Virus record (IMG/VR): IMGVR_UViG_3300025707_000004
DNA from: a virus
Strand: one strand, 5' to 3'
DNA length: 64,000 nt
Below, in pieces: positions 28,399 through 38,305 of the stretch. Under the pieces are notes generated by a model that was given only the letters and a program-made list of their open reading frames with translations, had not been told where the DNA came from and ran no database searches. A program made the position numbers and the translations under genes. Position 1 is the first letter of the stretch. Each line of letters begins with the position of its first letter.

Positions 28399-29784
28399 CT
28401 ACTCCAAGACTCGGGTTGAGGGAATGTACGGCGAGCCATCAGGCCCCCGCAGGTGCCGTTTGACGCGGACGGTCTTGAAGGCAATCCACTCATCACCCTC
28501 CCGAGGACCAATACCACGATTGGCACGGCTCTCGGCTTGGAGCATTTCCTGGACGTACTCGGGGAGGTGCCCATCGGTGATGAGCGCGTACTCCAGCTCC
28601 ACCAGCCGCGCTCGCTTCGCACTGTCGAGGTTGGCCAGTTTCCCGCGGCGGATGAAGAGCCGCTCGTGGGCAGACACCGAGTGCTGGTAGATGAGTTCGC
28701 CGCGGTCGGGTCCCTCACCACTGCCTTCGCTGTCTGCCCAGCCGTAGTCCGCCGCTTGGGCTACCCCTGGGAGAGGGGAGAGTGCGGTAGAGACACTCAC
28801 CCGGTAGAAGGGCTTCGGCATCGTCCGGGGACACACCGGTCGCTTCTTCCACGCACGCCTCTCACGCAACGACGCCCGCGTCTTTACCACTTCGCCCCGG
28901 CGGTAGTAGATGCGCTGGAGGAGCGAATAGACGGCGAGGCAGAGTATCGGGCTTTTGCGTGACCACTCGCCATCTCGGAAGATGGACACTACCCGGACGG
29001 TCAGCACCCCCATCGAAGCGCGCTCACCGACGAGGGCCAACGCTACCACGCTGTTCTCGTTGACGACAAAGCCACAGATGCTCATCAGGGCGTGGTCAAA
29101 GCTCTCGGCGTGTTCGACCGAAGCCGCCCGGCGAAGAGCCCCGCAGAGCAGGGGACTCGGAAGCGTGTCCATCAGCATCCACTCCGAGGTCTCTGAGGGG
29201 CCGAGCAGCTGGAAGACGAGAGGCTTCTCCGTTGTGATGAACATCGACGGCGCCGCGAGCGGAGGAATGCCGTCGATGTCGTCGAGCACCTTCTGAGCCT
29301 TGTTGTAGATGGCCCAGATGTGGTCAGTCCACTGCTGGGTGGAGGTCATCGTGTCCCACGCACCTGACGTGAAGATGTAGCGACCAATACCGTCGAAGAG
29401 GTCATCGAGCCCGGCACCAAGAGCATCCACGGGGACCTCGTACAAGTCGGCCGCCACGAGCGCGGCGCGGATGGCCTCAGGCAGCCCACTCCGCTCAGTG
29501 AGCGGTTGCAGGCTGTCGAGGTCCAGGTCTAGGCCGCTCAAGATAGCGTGTGCCCACATCAGGCGGTCGACGGCGGTGCTGTTGGGGTGGACGATGGCCG
29601 GCAGGTGCTCAGGGGTGATGTAGGTTTCCGCGCCGTCGTCCCCGACGATGCGGGAGGCAACCAGGGTCATGGCCGTATCGACATAGTTGTTCTCGTGAAA
29701 CCTCGGCCACTTACGGTCGTCCTCGGCATGCGTCGTGATGACGCGCTTGTTTCGGCCGGCGCCGACAATCCTAGTGCTGGACAT
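28399..29784 (-). CDS. Hypothetical phage protein
   Basis: 461 aa; C-terminal H.V..H.R...V..H.RGP motif seen in phage hypotheticals. Confidence 0.65.
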   Translation of the reverse strand: MSSTRIVGAGRNKRVITTHAEDDRKWPRFHENNYVDTAMTLVASRIVGDDGAETYITPEHLPAIVHPNSTAVDRLMWAHAILSGLDLDLDSLQPLTERSGLPEAIRAALVAADLYEVPVDALGAGLDDLFDGIGRYIFTSGAWDTMTSTQQWTDHIWAIYNKAQKVLDDIDGIPPLAAPSMFITTEKPLVFQLLGPSETSEWMLMDTLPSPLLCGALRRAASVEHAESFDHALMSICGFVVNENSVVALALVGERASMGVLTVRVVSIFRDGEWSRKSPILCLAVYSLLQRIYYRRGEVVKTRASLRERRAWKKRPVCPRTMPKPFYRVSVSTALSPLPGVAQAADYGWADSEGSGEGPDRGELIYQHSVSAHERLFIRRGKLANLDSAKRARLVELEYALITDGHLPEYVQEMLQAESRANRGIGPREGDEWIAFKTVRVKRHLRGPDGSPYIPSTRVLE

Positions 29785-29826
29785 GGTTACTTTCCCTTCG
29801 CTTCAGTGGTTAGTGGTTGCGGGAGG

Positions 29827-30297
29827 CTATGCGGCCACCGCGTACTTGAGAGTGCGACCAGCCAGCAAGAGCGGGCGAGCCACATCGTCGAGGTCTTGGA
29901 CCAGGACTTGCCCCAGGCCAGTTGAGACGAGTGTACGCGCCACGCTGAGGGTCGAGGGAGCGATGTACGCCCCGATGTGCGAGCGGATGAGTCGCTCCTT
30001 CAGCGTCCGGATAGCCGTACTTGCCCACGGCGGAAGGCCGATGGTGAAGGTGGTCATCGCGTCAGGGTCCCCATCGGGCAGGTTCGGGAGCCGCCCCATG
30101 AGGGCCAGTAGCCCCTCGGTGCTGAACCGGTGGTCGCCAGCCGCCAGCAGAAACCGCAGGAACGTCGCATCGGCGATGTTCTTCCGGCGGTCATTCACTG
30201 GGGGTGGGCAGTAGACCGACTCGACGAAGCCGGGGCGGGCGGTGTAGTAGGCGTGGTAGAGCGCCCCGTCCAGGCGGATGTTGATCTTGGCGGACAT
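29827..30297 (-). CDS. Tandem ribbon-helix-helix-like paralog
   Basis: KINIRLD...LRFLLAAG...FTIGLP...ARTLVSTGL. Confidence 0.5.
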   Translation of the reverse strand: MSAKINIRLDGALYHAYYTARPGFVESVYCPPPVNDRRKNIADATFLRFLLAAGDHRFSTEGLLALMGRLPNLPDGDPDAMTTFTIGLPPWASTAIRTLKERLIRSHIGAYIAPSTLSVARTLVSTGLGQVLVQDLDDVARPLLLAGRTLKYAVAA

Positions 30298-30317
30298 GGA
30301 ATCTCCTTGTTTGGCGG

Positions 30318-31103
30318 CTAATCGCCGGTCTTGGCCGTAGCCAGCGCGGAGGAGAGGGTCTCCTTGTTCGCCTGCATGTGGCTGAGGTTGCAGACGGGCC
30401 GCTTCGACCCGCGGGTCTCCGCGATGATGAAGGAGCCCCACGGGATGCCGGAAAATGACGTGTTGCGAAGCGAAGCCACGACCAGCTCGCCGTGAGACTC
30501 GTCGTTGTCGTACGTCTTCTTGTCTTCAGGGCGGAGCATGGCCCAGATGCCTTCGCCGTTGGGGTCGCCGGTGCTGTTGAGGTTGACCTTGATGAGTTCG
30601 CCGCCGTCGAAGTCCTCGAACTCCACGTCTTGGCCGTTATAGGTCAGGTGCATGCGCTGTTCTCCTGGTTTCTGTGGTGTTTGAAGCCCCTACACGTCCG
30701 AAGGCATGCCGAGGTCTGGGTGCCGCTTCAAAAGGCGTATGGCCTCTTTGCGCTCGTTGAGCCGGCGCTGCTCCTTCTCTTCCTCCTTCCTTTTTCTGAT
30801 GGCCTGTTTCTCAGCCTCATGGGCAGCCGCGCAGAACGCCACCATGTCGTCGAGTGTCATGTGCAGCTCATTCAAGCTGACGGTGAGGTAGGACAGGCTG
30901 GCATCACGGTCAATGGGGCAGAAGGTCAGCTCGATGTGGCTGTCCCCTTCTGGCACCCAGGAGCTGAGTTCCAGGCCGTAACCCCACTGACGCGTAGCGG
31001 GGTGTTTGCTGCAGATGAGCCTCGACGCGAACGCTCGGAGGAAGTCGTTGAGTTCATCGGCGCTGGCGACAGCAGCTGCGAGTTGCTTGGGGGTCATGTT
31101 CAC
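30318..31103 (-). CDS. Two hypothetical proteins (30318-30653, 30690-31103)
   Basis: AGGAG RBSs; the second ends MPSDV. Confidence 0.55.
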
Positions 31104-31106
31104 TCC

Positions 31107-31421
31107 TTAGATGTCTACGTGCATTTCGTCGTCTGCACCGGTTGGCGCCTTCGGGATGTGCCCCGCGTGCTGGAACCAGCGGCCGGTGGAGTCCTGGACG
31201 CTCTGAGGGTCCAGGCTGAAGTCCTCCATGACGTAGCCGCCGCACATATTGTCGATTGCTTCGAGGATGTCCGAGGAGCAGTCATCCGGGTAATCGCCGA
31301 GGACCATGTCCAGCTCGTTGAGGTACTCGCTGATTGCGATGGCGCGCTCTTCACGCTCATCGTCCCAGTCACCATCCCTTACGCCCCGGTTGAACAGCTC
31401 CTCAGACGTCATCGCACTCAT
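31107..31421 (-). CDS. Acidic small protein with tag (EMHVDI)
   Basis: 104-aa ORF. Confidence 0.65.
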   Translation of the reverse strand: MSAMTSEELFNRGVRDGDWDDEREERAIAISEYLNELDMVLGDYPDDCSSDILEAIDNMCGGYVMEDFSLDPQSVQDSTGRWFQHAGHIPKAPTGADDEMHVDI

Positions 31422-31555
31422 GTTGGTCCCCTTCCCAGTCCCACTCGTGCCCGCACGTGTTGCAGTACGCCTCGTGGCCGCAGCCGGGCGGGTCTGGGAG
31501 GTCTATGTCGTCGGAGCCGCAAGCTGGGCACGTCTCCCGCTCTTCACCGGCCGGC

Positions 31556-32005
31556 TCAGACATCCGTGTGCTCCTGCGGGAGTGCGGCCTCCACCAGCGC
31601 GTCCGCCTTGCCCTTCAGGTACCAGTACGTGAGCGTGGACTGAATGACGGGATTGGGAGCTTCATTATCCCCGCCCTCGTACGCCCCGCCCACCCCGTAC
31701 AGCACGCTAACGTGCTTGCCGAGGCCGAGGGTGCTCGCCTTGATGTCTGCCCTGACGGCGCTTTGCTCGGGGAGCTGGGGGTGCTCGGCCCGCCACAGCC
31801 GGCAAAAGACGCGCATCATGACTTGGTGCGGCTTGTCCTCGTGCCACTCGACGACGTAGGGCTTGTCCTTGAAGTCCCAGCGGCGCCCGCTCATGTAGTA
31901 AGTGTAGAGGTCTTGGATGTCCTCGTCGGTGAGGTCGTCACCGCATTTGCGCTCGCGAGGATTGCCCTTGTCGAATACCTCGAATGCGTGGTCGGGAAGT
32001 CCCAT
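31556..32005 (-). CDS. Hypothetical protein with tag (QEHTDV)
   Basis: First gene after promoter 32098; AGGAG RBS. Confidence 0.65.
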   Translation of the reverse strand: MGLPDHAFEVFDKGNPRERKCGDDLTDEDIQDLYTYYMSGRRWDFKDKPYVVEWHEDKPHQVMMRVFCRLWRAEHPQLPEQSAVRADIKASTLGLGKHVSVLYGVGGAYEGGDNEAPNPVIQSTLTYWYLKGKADALVEAALPQEHTDV

Positions 32006-32097
32006 TAATTGCTCTCCTGGGTAAGTAGTTGGGCAGATGTGCGTGGTGTTGGCCCCCTCGCATGGGGCGAGAAGGTGCGAACTCAGGGTTCATAGTT

Positions 32098-32145
32098 CTT
32101 ATGCCAAAAAGCACCCCAAGCCTTGCGGATTATTAGCGACTAATA
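32098..32145 (-). promoter_or_regulatory. Repeated promoter with adjacent palindrome
   Basis: Promoter 32098-32126; tattagcgactaata 32131-32145. Confidence 0.8.
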
Positions 32146-33241
32146 ATGGCGCTGCTCACTCTTCCGCTCTTTCGTATTGGGCTTTGAGCTTAGCGAGCTG
32201 ACGCAGGTCCCTCTGCTCCGCAGCGTATTCTTTCCACTCCAGATACTTGGCCCGCTCCACCTCGTAGATGGCGAGCTTGGCCTCGTAGATAGTGAGCTTG
32301 CGGTTGTACGTCACCATCCGCTTCTCGTACTCACCCATCTCCACGTCGAACCGCTCGTTGGCTATCTCCCGAGGGGGCATCTGGAGCATGGTCGTCATGG
32401 TCGTGTGGCAGTCGTGGTAGTCCGACGTGTCCACTTCTTTGATGGGCAAGTCGAGTAGCTCGTCAGCCGTGAGCTGGTGGAATTCCATCACGCCCCGCAA
32501 CGTCGGGGACGAGTAGCGCAAGTCGATTTGCTGCCCCGGGAGACTGAGCGTCTGCGAAGGCAGCTTCGGCATCTTGGGCTTATTCGGCTTACTCGGACTG
32601 GTAACCTTCTTCATCAGTCGTCCTCCTCATGGCTGTGTTCATTCGGCCCCCTTGATGAACACCATGTCGTCGTGCATGGAGCAGTCGGGGTGGTGCGGTT
32701 CCTCGAAGGTAGGCACATCCCTTGGGGTGAAGTTGTTGGCGAAGTTCCGGCACACCTCGCAGTCGTAGTCAGTCTTGCCGTAGACCGCTAACTCCATCGC
32801 GGTCTTCTCAAACTCGTCTTGTGGGGCAGCTACGTCGACCAGACGAATCCGGTCCCAGAACGCCCCGCGAGACTCGACCTTCGTGACCCGGTAAGTACGC
32901 CCCGCAAGTAAGACGTGCTCGTCGACTTTGTAGCTCACGCAGCCTCCATGGCTTGGTCCCTTTGAGTATTAGTGACTGATGCTACATCTCTACCTGCCGC
33001 ATGTCGCCATCGGCGATTGCGAGCAGCCAGAGGAGATTGTGGACGCAGAAGAGAGCTTGCTTGAGGGTCAGCCCGCTCGCTTCTTGTAGCGTGTGGGCCT
33101 GCATCAATTCCCGGTTGCCCGGATAGACTTCCTTGAGGCTGACGTGGCGGACGGTGAAGCCTTCGGGCTCAGACTCGGGGTTACTGAGGTCGCAACGCCA
33201 GCCAGGGCCGATGAGGTAGATGTTGCCGGTGCGGGTGATGC

Positions 33242-33838
33242 TCAGCATGCGCTGCGCTCCTTGATGGCATCGAGAAACACGAGGGGGTTGGTGCTGGGGG
33301 CCTCGCCGAGAAGGACGCCTTCGGGCTCCCGTGCTGGCGCCAACTCATGCGGGCGGATTTCGTGGAGGTGGATCCGGACGCGGGGGGAATTAACCACGAC
33401 CTGCGGGCTCGCTCCACGGCCACGGACCATCTCCAAGCCCGCCCGGACCAGCATGCGCAGCACGGTCTCTGCCGTCCAGAGGCGGACCTTCGATCCCGGG
33501 TGGTAGACGTTCAGCCACGCCCGCAACGCCTGCAACCCGCGGTACGTCCCGTCAGGTATCCGCAAGGTCACGTATTCGCAGGAGGCGCTGCCCCGAAGCT
33601 CCCGCATGAAGTCGTTTTGGGCGTGGCCCAGGAGTAGCGCCCGGCCCTCGACACGCACCATCCGCGGAATGTCGTAGCCGTGGCACAGATGTGCCGCCCC
33701 GTAGTGAAGTAGTGTGTAGAAGGGGCCGCCAGGGTTGGTGTCGTCGAAGGTCTGGTGGTAATCGACGCGGTAGCGCTTCAGCTCGGCCATGAGTTGGGGG
33801 TCACGGCAAGAGAAGGCGGCGTAGTGCGGGGCAGACAT
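33242..33838 (-). CDS. Tandem ribbon-helix-helix-like paralog
   Basis: LLHYGAAHL...VTLRIP...LQALRAWLN...LRMLVRAGLE. Confidence 0.55.
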   Translation of the reverse strand: MSAPHYAAFSCRDPQLMAELKRYRVDYHQTFDDTNPGGPFYTLLHYGAAHLCHGYDIPRMVRVEGRALLLGHAQNDFMRELRGSASCEYVTLRIPDGTYRGLQALRAWLNVYHPGSKVRLWTAETVLRMLVRAGLEMVRGRGASPQVVVNSPRVRIHLHEIRPHELAPAREPEGVLLGEAPSTNPLVFLDAIKERSAC

Positions 33839-33848
33839 GAGGCGCTCC

Positions 33849-34421
33849 TTAGAGGCTTTGGGGCTTGAGGGCGGCGACGTAGTCGAACGCCACGTCTGCG
33901 AAGGTCGCCTCACCCGTGGCGGGCAGGCTTGTAGCGGCCGACTGGTCGCCCTGTGCGTGGCAGGCGAAGAGGTGGGCCGCAGCCTTGGGGTCGGCGTGAA
34001 TTTCGTAGGCACTCAAGTTGCCCCTAGTGGTGTGGCCCTCTGCCCACCCGATGATGGCGCGCGTGAGGTCGCCGATGCTCCGGGAGAGGGCTTGGCGGTT
34101 CAAGCAGACACGCAGCGCGTCCAGCCGGGCGTACATCCGGATGGGGAGGTAAAGAGTCGGGGGCGAGTAGGTGTACCCGGGGCTTTCGTTCTCGGCCCGC
34201 CAGTCTTCATCCACCGCGGATTTAAGGGCTAACCTGGGGGCGTCAGGGTTGAAGCCGAAGCAAAGACGCGCCGCCCCGTAGTTCAACAGCGCCCGCATCG
34301 CTTCGTCCATGTCAGCGTGAGGGAAGTAAGCTTTGTGCCTCTCGGCGAAACCCCGCAGGGCCTTGGCGAGCCTGGGGTCAGTGGTGTAGAGCTGGATTGG
34401 CTTGAATGTGAGCGCTCCCAT
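33849..34421 (-). CDS. Tandem ribbon-helix-helix-like paralog
   Basis: LLNYGAARL...TLYLP...LDALRVCLN...LTRAII. Confidence 0.55.
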   Translation of the reverse strand: MGALTFKPIQLYTTDPRLAKALRGFAERHKAYFPHADMDEAMRALLNYGAARLCFGFNPDAPRLALKSAVDEDWRAENESPGYTYSPPTLYLPIRMYARLDALRVCLNRQALSRSIGDLTRAIIGWAEGHTTRGNLSAYEIHADPKAAAHLFACHAQGDQSAATSLPATGEATFADVAFDYVAALKPQSL

Positions 34422-34553
34422 TAGTGCCTCCTGGGTAGTGTAGTCGGGGCTTTGTCCAAGGCGCTTATGCCAAGAAGCAGGGGCGCTTTGCGGGGGCTAA
34501 AAAGGGATGACCCCCCGAAGGGGGTCAGAGCCCGAACGCTTTTACGCGTTCAT

Positions 34554-35021
34554 CTATGAGAAGACGGTGTCGTACCAAGACGCCGTCTGGAGGACGAGCA
34601 GCACGTCGTAGCCGTTCGTGACGTACAGCTCAAGGCCGGTCAGCAGTGCCACCCGCGTCGCTTGCGGGGTCGTCAGCTCCCGGCTGAAATACCGGAGTCG
34701 CGTCCGGTTCATCTGCCTGCGGAGGGTCTCCAGCCGTCGCACAAGCTTAGGCGGGAGCATGAGGTTGAACCGGTACGATTCGGCCTCGTCCTCCTTGGGC
34801 AAATACTCGACCAGCCCTGACTCAGCCGAGAGCATCCCAGCCCGCAGCACTATGTCCACGCCCGCACACACCAAGATGCGGTAGTGGCTCTGGATGGTGC
34901 GGGCACGACAGGCCCACTCCGACGCCCGCAACTCACGGTCGAAGTGGTGGAAGAGCAGCCGCTCTCGGCTGAACGTGAGGGTCACGCTGCGGGCCTTCGG
35001 CATCGGTGGGTCCGCGCTCAT
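34554..35021 (-). CDS. Tandem ribbon-helix-helix-like paralog
   Basis: SVTLTFS...ILVCAG...FNLMLP...LETLRRQMN...TRVALLTGLE. Confidence 0.55.
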   Translation of the reverse strand: MSADPPMPKARSVTLTFSRERLLFHHFDRELRASEWACRARTIQSHYRILVCAGVDIVLRAGMLSAESGLVEYLPKEDEAESYRFNLMLPPKLVRRLETLRRQMNRTRLRYFSRELTTPQATRVALLTGLELYVTNGYDVLLVLQTASWYDTVFS

Positions 35022-35237
35022 GGGGACCCTCTCAGTCGCCGCTTCTGCATGATGCGCTCCTTACGCATGTGTGCGGCGAAGGTGGTGCGGCGCAGACGGC
35101 CGTACGCCGAAGTGAGGGAATGGACGCCACCGAATGACGACGAGCTTTCCCCCCTCCGTGAGCAGGACCCAAAGGGCCATGGTGAAGCAGTTCAATGATT
35201 CTCCTTGGTGGTTAGGGTGTTGGTTGCTTCCATAGTT

Positions 35238-35292
35238 CTTATGCCAAGAAGCCCCTCCCCTTTTGCGGTAGGCTGAGTATTAGTCGCTAATA
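35238..35292 (-). promoter_or_regulatory. Repeated promoter plus palindrome
   Basis: Promoter 35238-35266; tattagtcgctaata 35278-35292. Confidence 0.8.
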
Positions 35293-36039
35293 ATGGAGAC
35301 CGAGATGTCTGTCGTACTGGAGCCTTCGCCAGAGAGCCTTGAGCGCATGCGCGAGCGCTGGTGGGAGAAGCCGTCGCCGCTCGTTGCGCTGCAGCTGAGC
35401 GTGTGGAACCCCGAGACGGAGAAGTACGAGGCGCGGTGGCAGGTGCGCCAAGAAGCGGACCAATGCCGTGGGCTCTCGGTGATACAGGTGGTTTACCTGC
35501 GGACACCCACGCCGGAGGAGCGTGCTTGTGTCGATGAGTGCTTGAGCATGCAGTCCCCTGAAGCACGCGTGAGCGTGGTTCTTAGTGACCTCCTGCCTGA
35601 GCCGCTGTGAGCAACTCGTCTACAGCGCGCTGGCGGCAGCGGGCGCAGAAGCACGTCGTTCACCTGGACAGGCTGGCGGCAATGATGGGCCTCGATAGCC
35701 GCGACAAACTCATGCCTGCAATCTCTCAGATGCGGATGATGAACGACGTCCTCACCAAAGAGAACGCCAAGCTGCGCGCACAACAGGACTAGCTAAGAAC
35801 GAGCGCCCGGGTGGGGCGCGCGTTCTCCCATCACGGGTCGAGGGCCTTTCGTGCCCTCTCCACGATGGGGAGTTTTTTCACAGCCTCGCCGCCCTCGTCC
35901 AGCACGAAGCCGAGACCGAAGGCGAGGGCAAAGAGTAGGACACCGGACAAAAGGTCCAGGTTCTCGGGGCTCATTGCTCTTCTTTCGTTAGTTGGGTTAG
36001 ATGGCTTTGTAAAAGTTGTGGCGCGTGGCGCCGAGACGA

Positions 36040-36735
36040 GAAAGAAAAGGGCCGCACAACCTCGGGCGTGAACCCGATAGTCATGCAGCCCCCGACCGGA
36101 AAACGCTCTGCGCGCTCAGTACGGCCTACCCAGGCACAGATGGCTGTGCACGGCCCCCGGGCCTGCTGGGTGCAGGTGTTCCGGTTCGCCTCATTTGGGA
36201 GGCCCATAGAAATGAGTGCCCCGCCACCCCATTGCAGCCGAGGAGGCGGGGCGGAGCATCGAGCGCCTGTTAATGCATTGCCCTGTGCGGGTTGCCGGCG
36301 CTCAACCCCTTTGAACCACCGACCCCGAAGGGCGGGCGACTGCGTCAAAGGGGAAGCTCTAGAGTTGGAAGGACAGGCGGGACTTGAACCCGCACTTTCA
36401 GGCTCCTGATAGCCACTGCCCTATTTTTCGGAATGCTTCACCCGGTTCGGAGATTGATGGTCTCCTTAGCCCGCTCATGCGGACTGTACCCGTTACAGCA
36501 CCCTCGCGTCCGTCCCTAGCGCCGGGGCCATCGCTGCTCATCACAGCAGTTCTGGCCCCCGCGCCTTCGGGACGTCGGCTAGCGGTTGAACCCGGCTACC
36601 CGCTCACCATGCCCCTCGGGGCTAGGGAGCGGACCGGCGCAGCCCCCGGTTTTACCCGAGGTACCTGCTGTTTAGTGTCTCATCTTTCCCTCCCGTGTTA
36701 AGCGGTGTTAGAGACGGGCGAGGCGTAATACCTCC
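36040..36735 (-). ncRNA. Candidate large structured non-coding RNA (unclassified)
   Basis: Promoter at 36745-36773, no credible ORF, many helices (e.g. 36508-36520 pairs with 36621-36634), hairpin and U-tract at about 36040-36092. Confidence 0.55.
36366..36422 (-). ncRNA. 57-nt tRNA-like element lacking D stem and anticodon loop
   Basis: AGGGCAG/CTGTCCT acceptor stem, T-arm GCGGG-TTCAAGT-CCCGC, discriminator T and encoded CCA. Confidence 0.7.
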
Positions 36736-36932
36736 TCCATACTTCTTATCCCCAAAAGAGGTGCTTGTTTTGCACTTTTCGGGCTCCCACCAATAGAAAC
36801 TCCTTCTGCTGCCTTAGCAGCCCCTTACCAATCTCCGGCGAAGGCGCCATATGCGCCAACGCCACCGCATAATTCGTGCAGCCACGCGCGGATGACGTAT
36901 AGCCATCCGCACGAGGCTGCACCAGCGCGCGA

Positions 36933-37361
36933 TCATGTGAAGCGTTTGCCTCCCGATGACCACGCCCCCCAGCGCCGCGACGCCTTGCGGCGCACGCCGG
37001 CGAGCGCCCCCGCCAGCGTGAGGCTGGCGTCGCTCCACCCCCCCGTACCCAGCGGCGAGAGGTCCTGCGCGGCGACGACGCTTGTGAGCGTCTGCGCCAG
37101 TTCGGCCGAGATTTGCCCGGCGAGCCGGACATCCTCGACGCCGTGCGCGGCCAAGAGGCCGCGCAGGGCGTCCTGGACGGAGGAGGTGGCGATTCGCGCC
37201 TCCTCCTCCGCCTCCTCTTCCGCCTCGCGCAGCTCCGCGCGGGCGAACTTCGCCTCGTCCTCCGCGTCGATGATGGCGGCGCTCGCCTGCTCGGCGAGCG
37301 CCTCCGCCGCCTCCAGAGCCAGGGCGGCGCGGACGATTCGGTTGGTCGTGTGACCGTTCAT
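36933..37361 (-). CDS. Ala/Glu-rich coiled-coil hypothetical protein
   Basis: Promoter at 37426, conserved leader, AAGGAG RBS before MNGHTT. Confidence 0.6.
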   Translation of the reverse strand: MNGHTTNRIVRAALALEAAEALAEQASAAIIDAEDEAKFARAELREAEEEAEEEARIATSSVQDALRGLLAAHGVEDVRLAGQISAELAQTLTSVVAAQDLSPLGTGGWSDASLTLAGALAGVRRKASRRWGAWSSGGKRFT

Positions 37362-37459
37362 AGAAGACTCCTTCTGCAGCAATGCTGCGTGGATGAAATG
37401 GGCGTAATTGCCCCTGTTCATAGTTCTTATCCCTAAAAACACCCCGTGTTTTGCAGGGG

Positions 37460-37750
37460 CTAAGAAGAAACCCAGGAGGGGTTTCTCAGCACACCACTGA
37501 AGCGTAGAGGGGGGCTACGCTGTTAACGACGTCAGGGCGCCGGACCTGTGGTTTGTTGTTCCCGGATTCTCGCATCCGCCGAAGCGGTGGGAACTTTAAC
37601 TCCACCCCGTGTCATTGGGGATCTCGGTGCGGACCGAGCACACACTTCCTTTACCCCCTACCCGTTCTTACCCCTAGGGACAAGACACGGCTGACTGGTG
37701 GTTTAGCACTTCACAATCGCACTCCTACTGGGGGGCTAGTGCCTCCGTTC
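37460..37750 (-). ncRNA. Candidate small structured RNA (promoter-to-terminator unit with only a 3-codon ORF)
   Basis: Promoter 37757-37785, UUCG hairpin at about 37576-37588, terminator at about 37460-37487. Confidence 0.45.
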
Positions 37751-37828
37751 ACAGTTCTTATGCCAAGAACGCCCCCCTGTTCTGCAGGTAAGAACAGGCG
37801 CCCCCCAGAAGGGGGACGCCCGCAGCGG

Positions 37829-38296
37829 CTAACGCTGCTGTTTGAGGACCCGCTCAATCTCCACCGGGTCGTATGGCGGGACGTGGGCCGATGCAGCCGA
37901 CACCCGGCCGAGGAAGTCGCCCCAATCCGCCTTGGTGGCGAGCGGGGCACCGGAGATGGACTGGAACGCCCACCCATGCTCCAGGCTGAGCAGCGCCACC
38001 TGCTCGTACACCTGTCGCCTCGACCCGATGTGCTTCCCGCCGAAGTCCCCGGTCCGCACATTCCAGGCATGCACCCACACCCGGCTGGCCGAGTGGTTGA
38101 CGCTGAGCCCGATACGCACGTCAGTGTGCACCGGGTGCTTCACGATGAGCGGATGACCCATCAGGGTCTTCCGCACGTTGAGGTCCATCACCGCGTCGGG
38201 CACGCGGAGGAAGCTGATGCTCGGCCCCAATTCCTCGGTAGGCACCCCACCCGGGACGCCTAACGCGAGAACCGCTGCCAGGATTTTCCCAATCAT
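37829..38296 (-). CDS. Hypothetical protein downstream of the toxin-like lipoprotein (candidate immunity or accessory)
   Basis: AGGAG RBS, same operon; hydrophobic N-terminus. Confidence 0.55.
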   Translation of the reverse strand: MIGKILAAVLALGVPGGVPTEELGPSISFLRVPDAVMDLNVRKTLMGHPLIVKHPVHTDVRIGLSVNHSASRVWVHAWNVRTGDFGGKHIGSRRQVYEQVALLSLEHGWAFQSISGAPLATKADWGDFLGRVSAASAHVPPYDPVEIERVLKQQR

Positions 38297-38305
38297 TGTC
38301 TACTC

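Noticed and set aside
30690-31563. C-termini MPSDV (30690) and HECDDV (31402) as tag members
   Set aside because: They end in DV but lack His at -3, so they were not counted.
36366-36422. Canonical tRNA or tmRNA gene
   Set aside because: No D stem or anticodon loop, and no G3-U70/A73 or tag reading frame. Kept only as a tRNA-like element.
36480-36500. Group I intron S-element-like GGTACAGTCC
   Set aside because: It pairs locally with CTGTA, and I could not find a matching R/P7 strand or exon continuity.
37420-37442. Recurring peptide LGIRTM in many ORF translations
   Set aside because: It is the translation of the promoter DNA motif (TTGGGATAAGAACTATG); true starts lie downstream at RBS-bearing codons.
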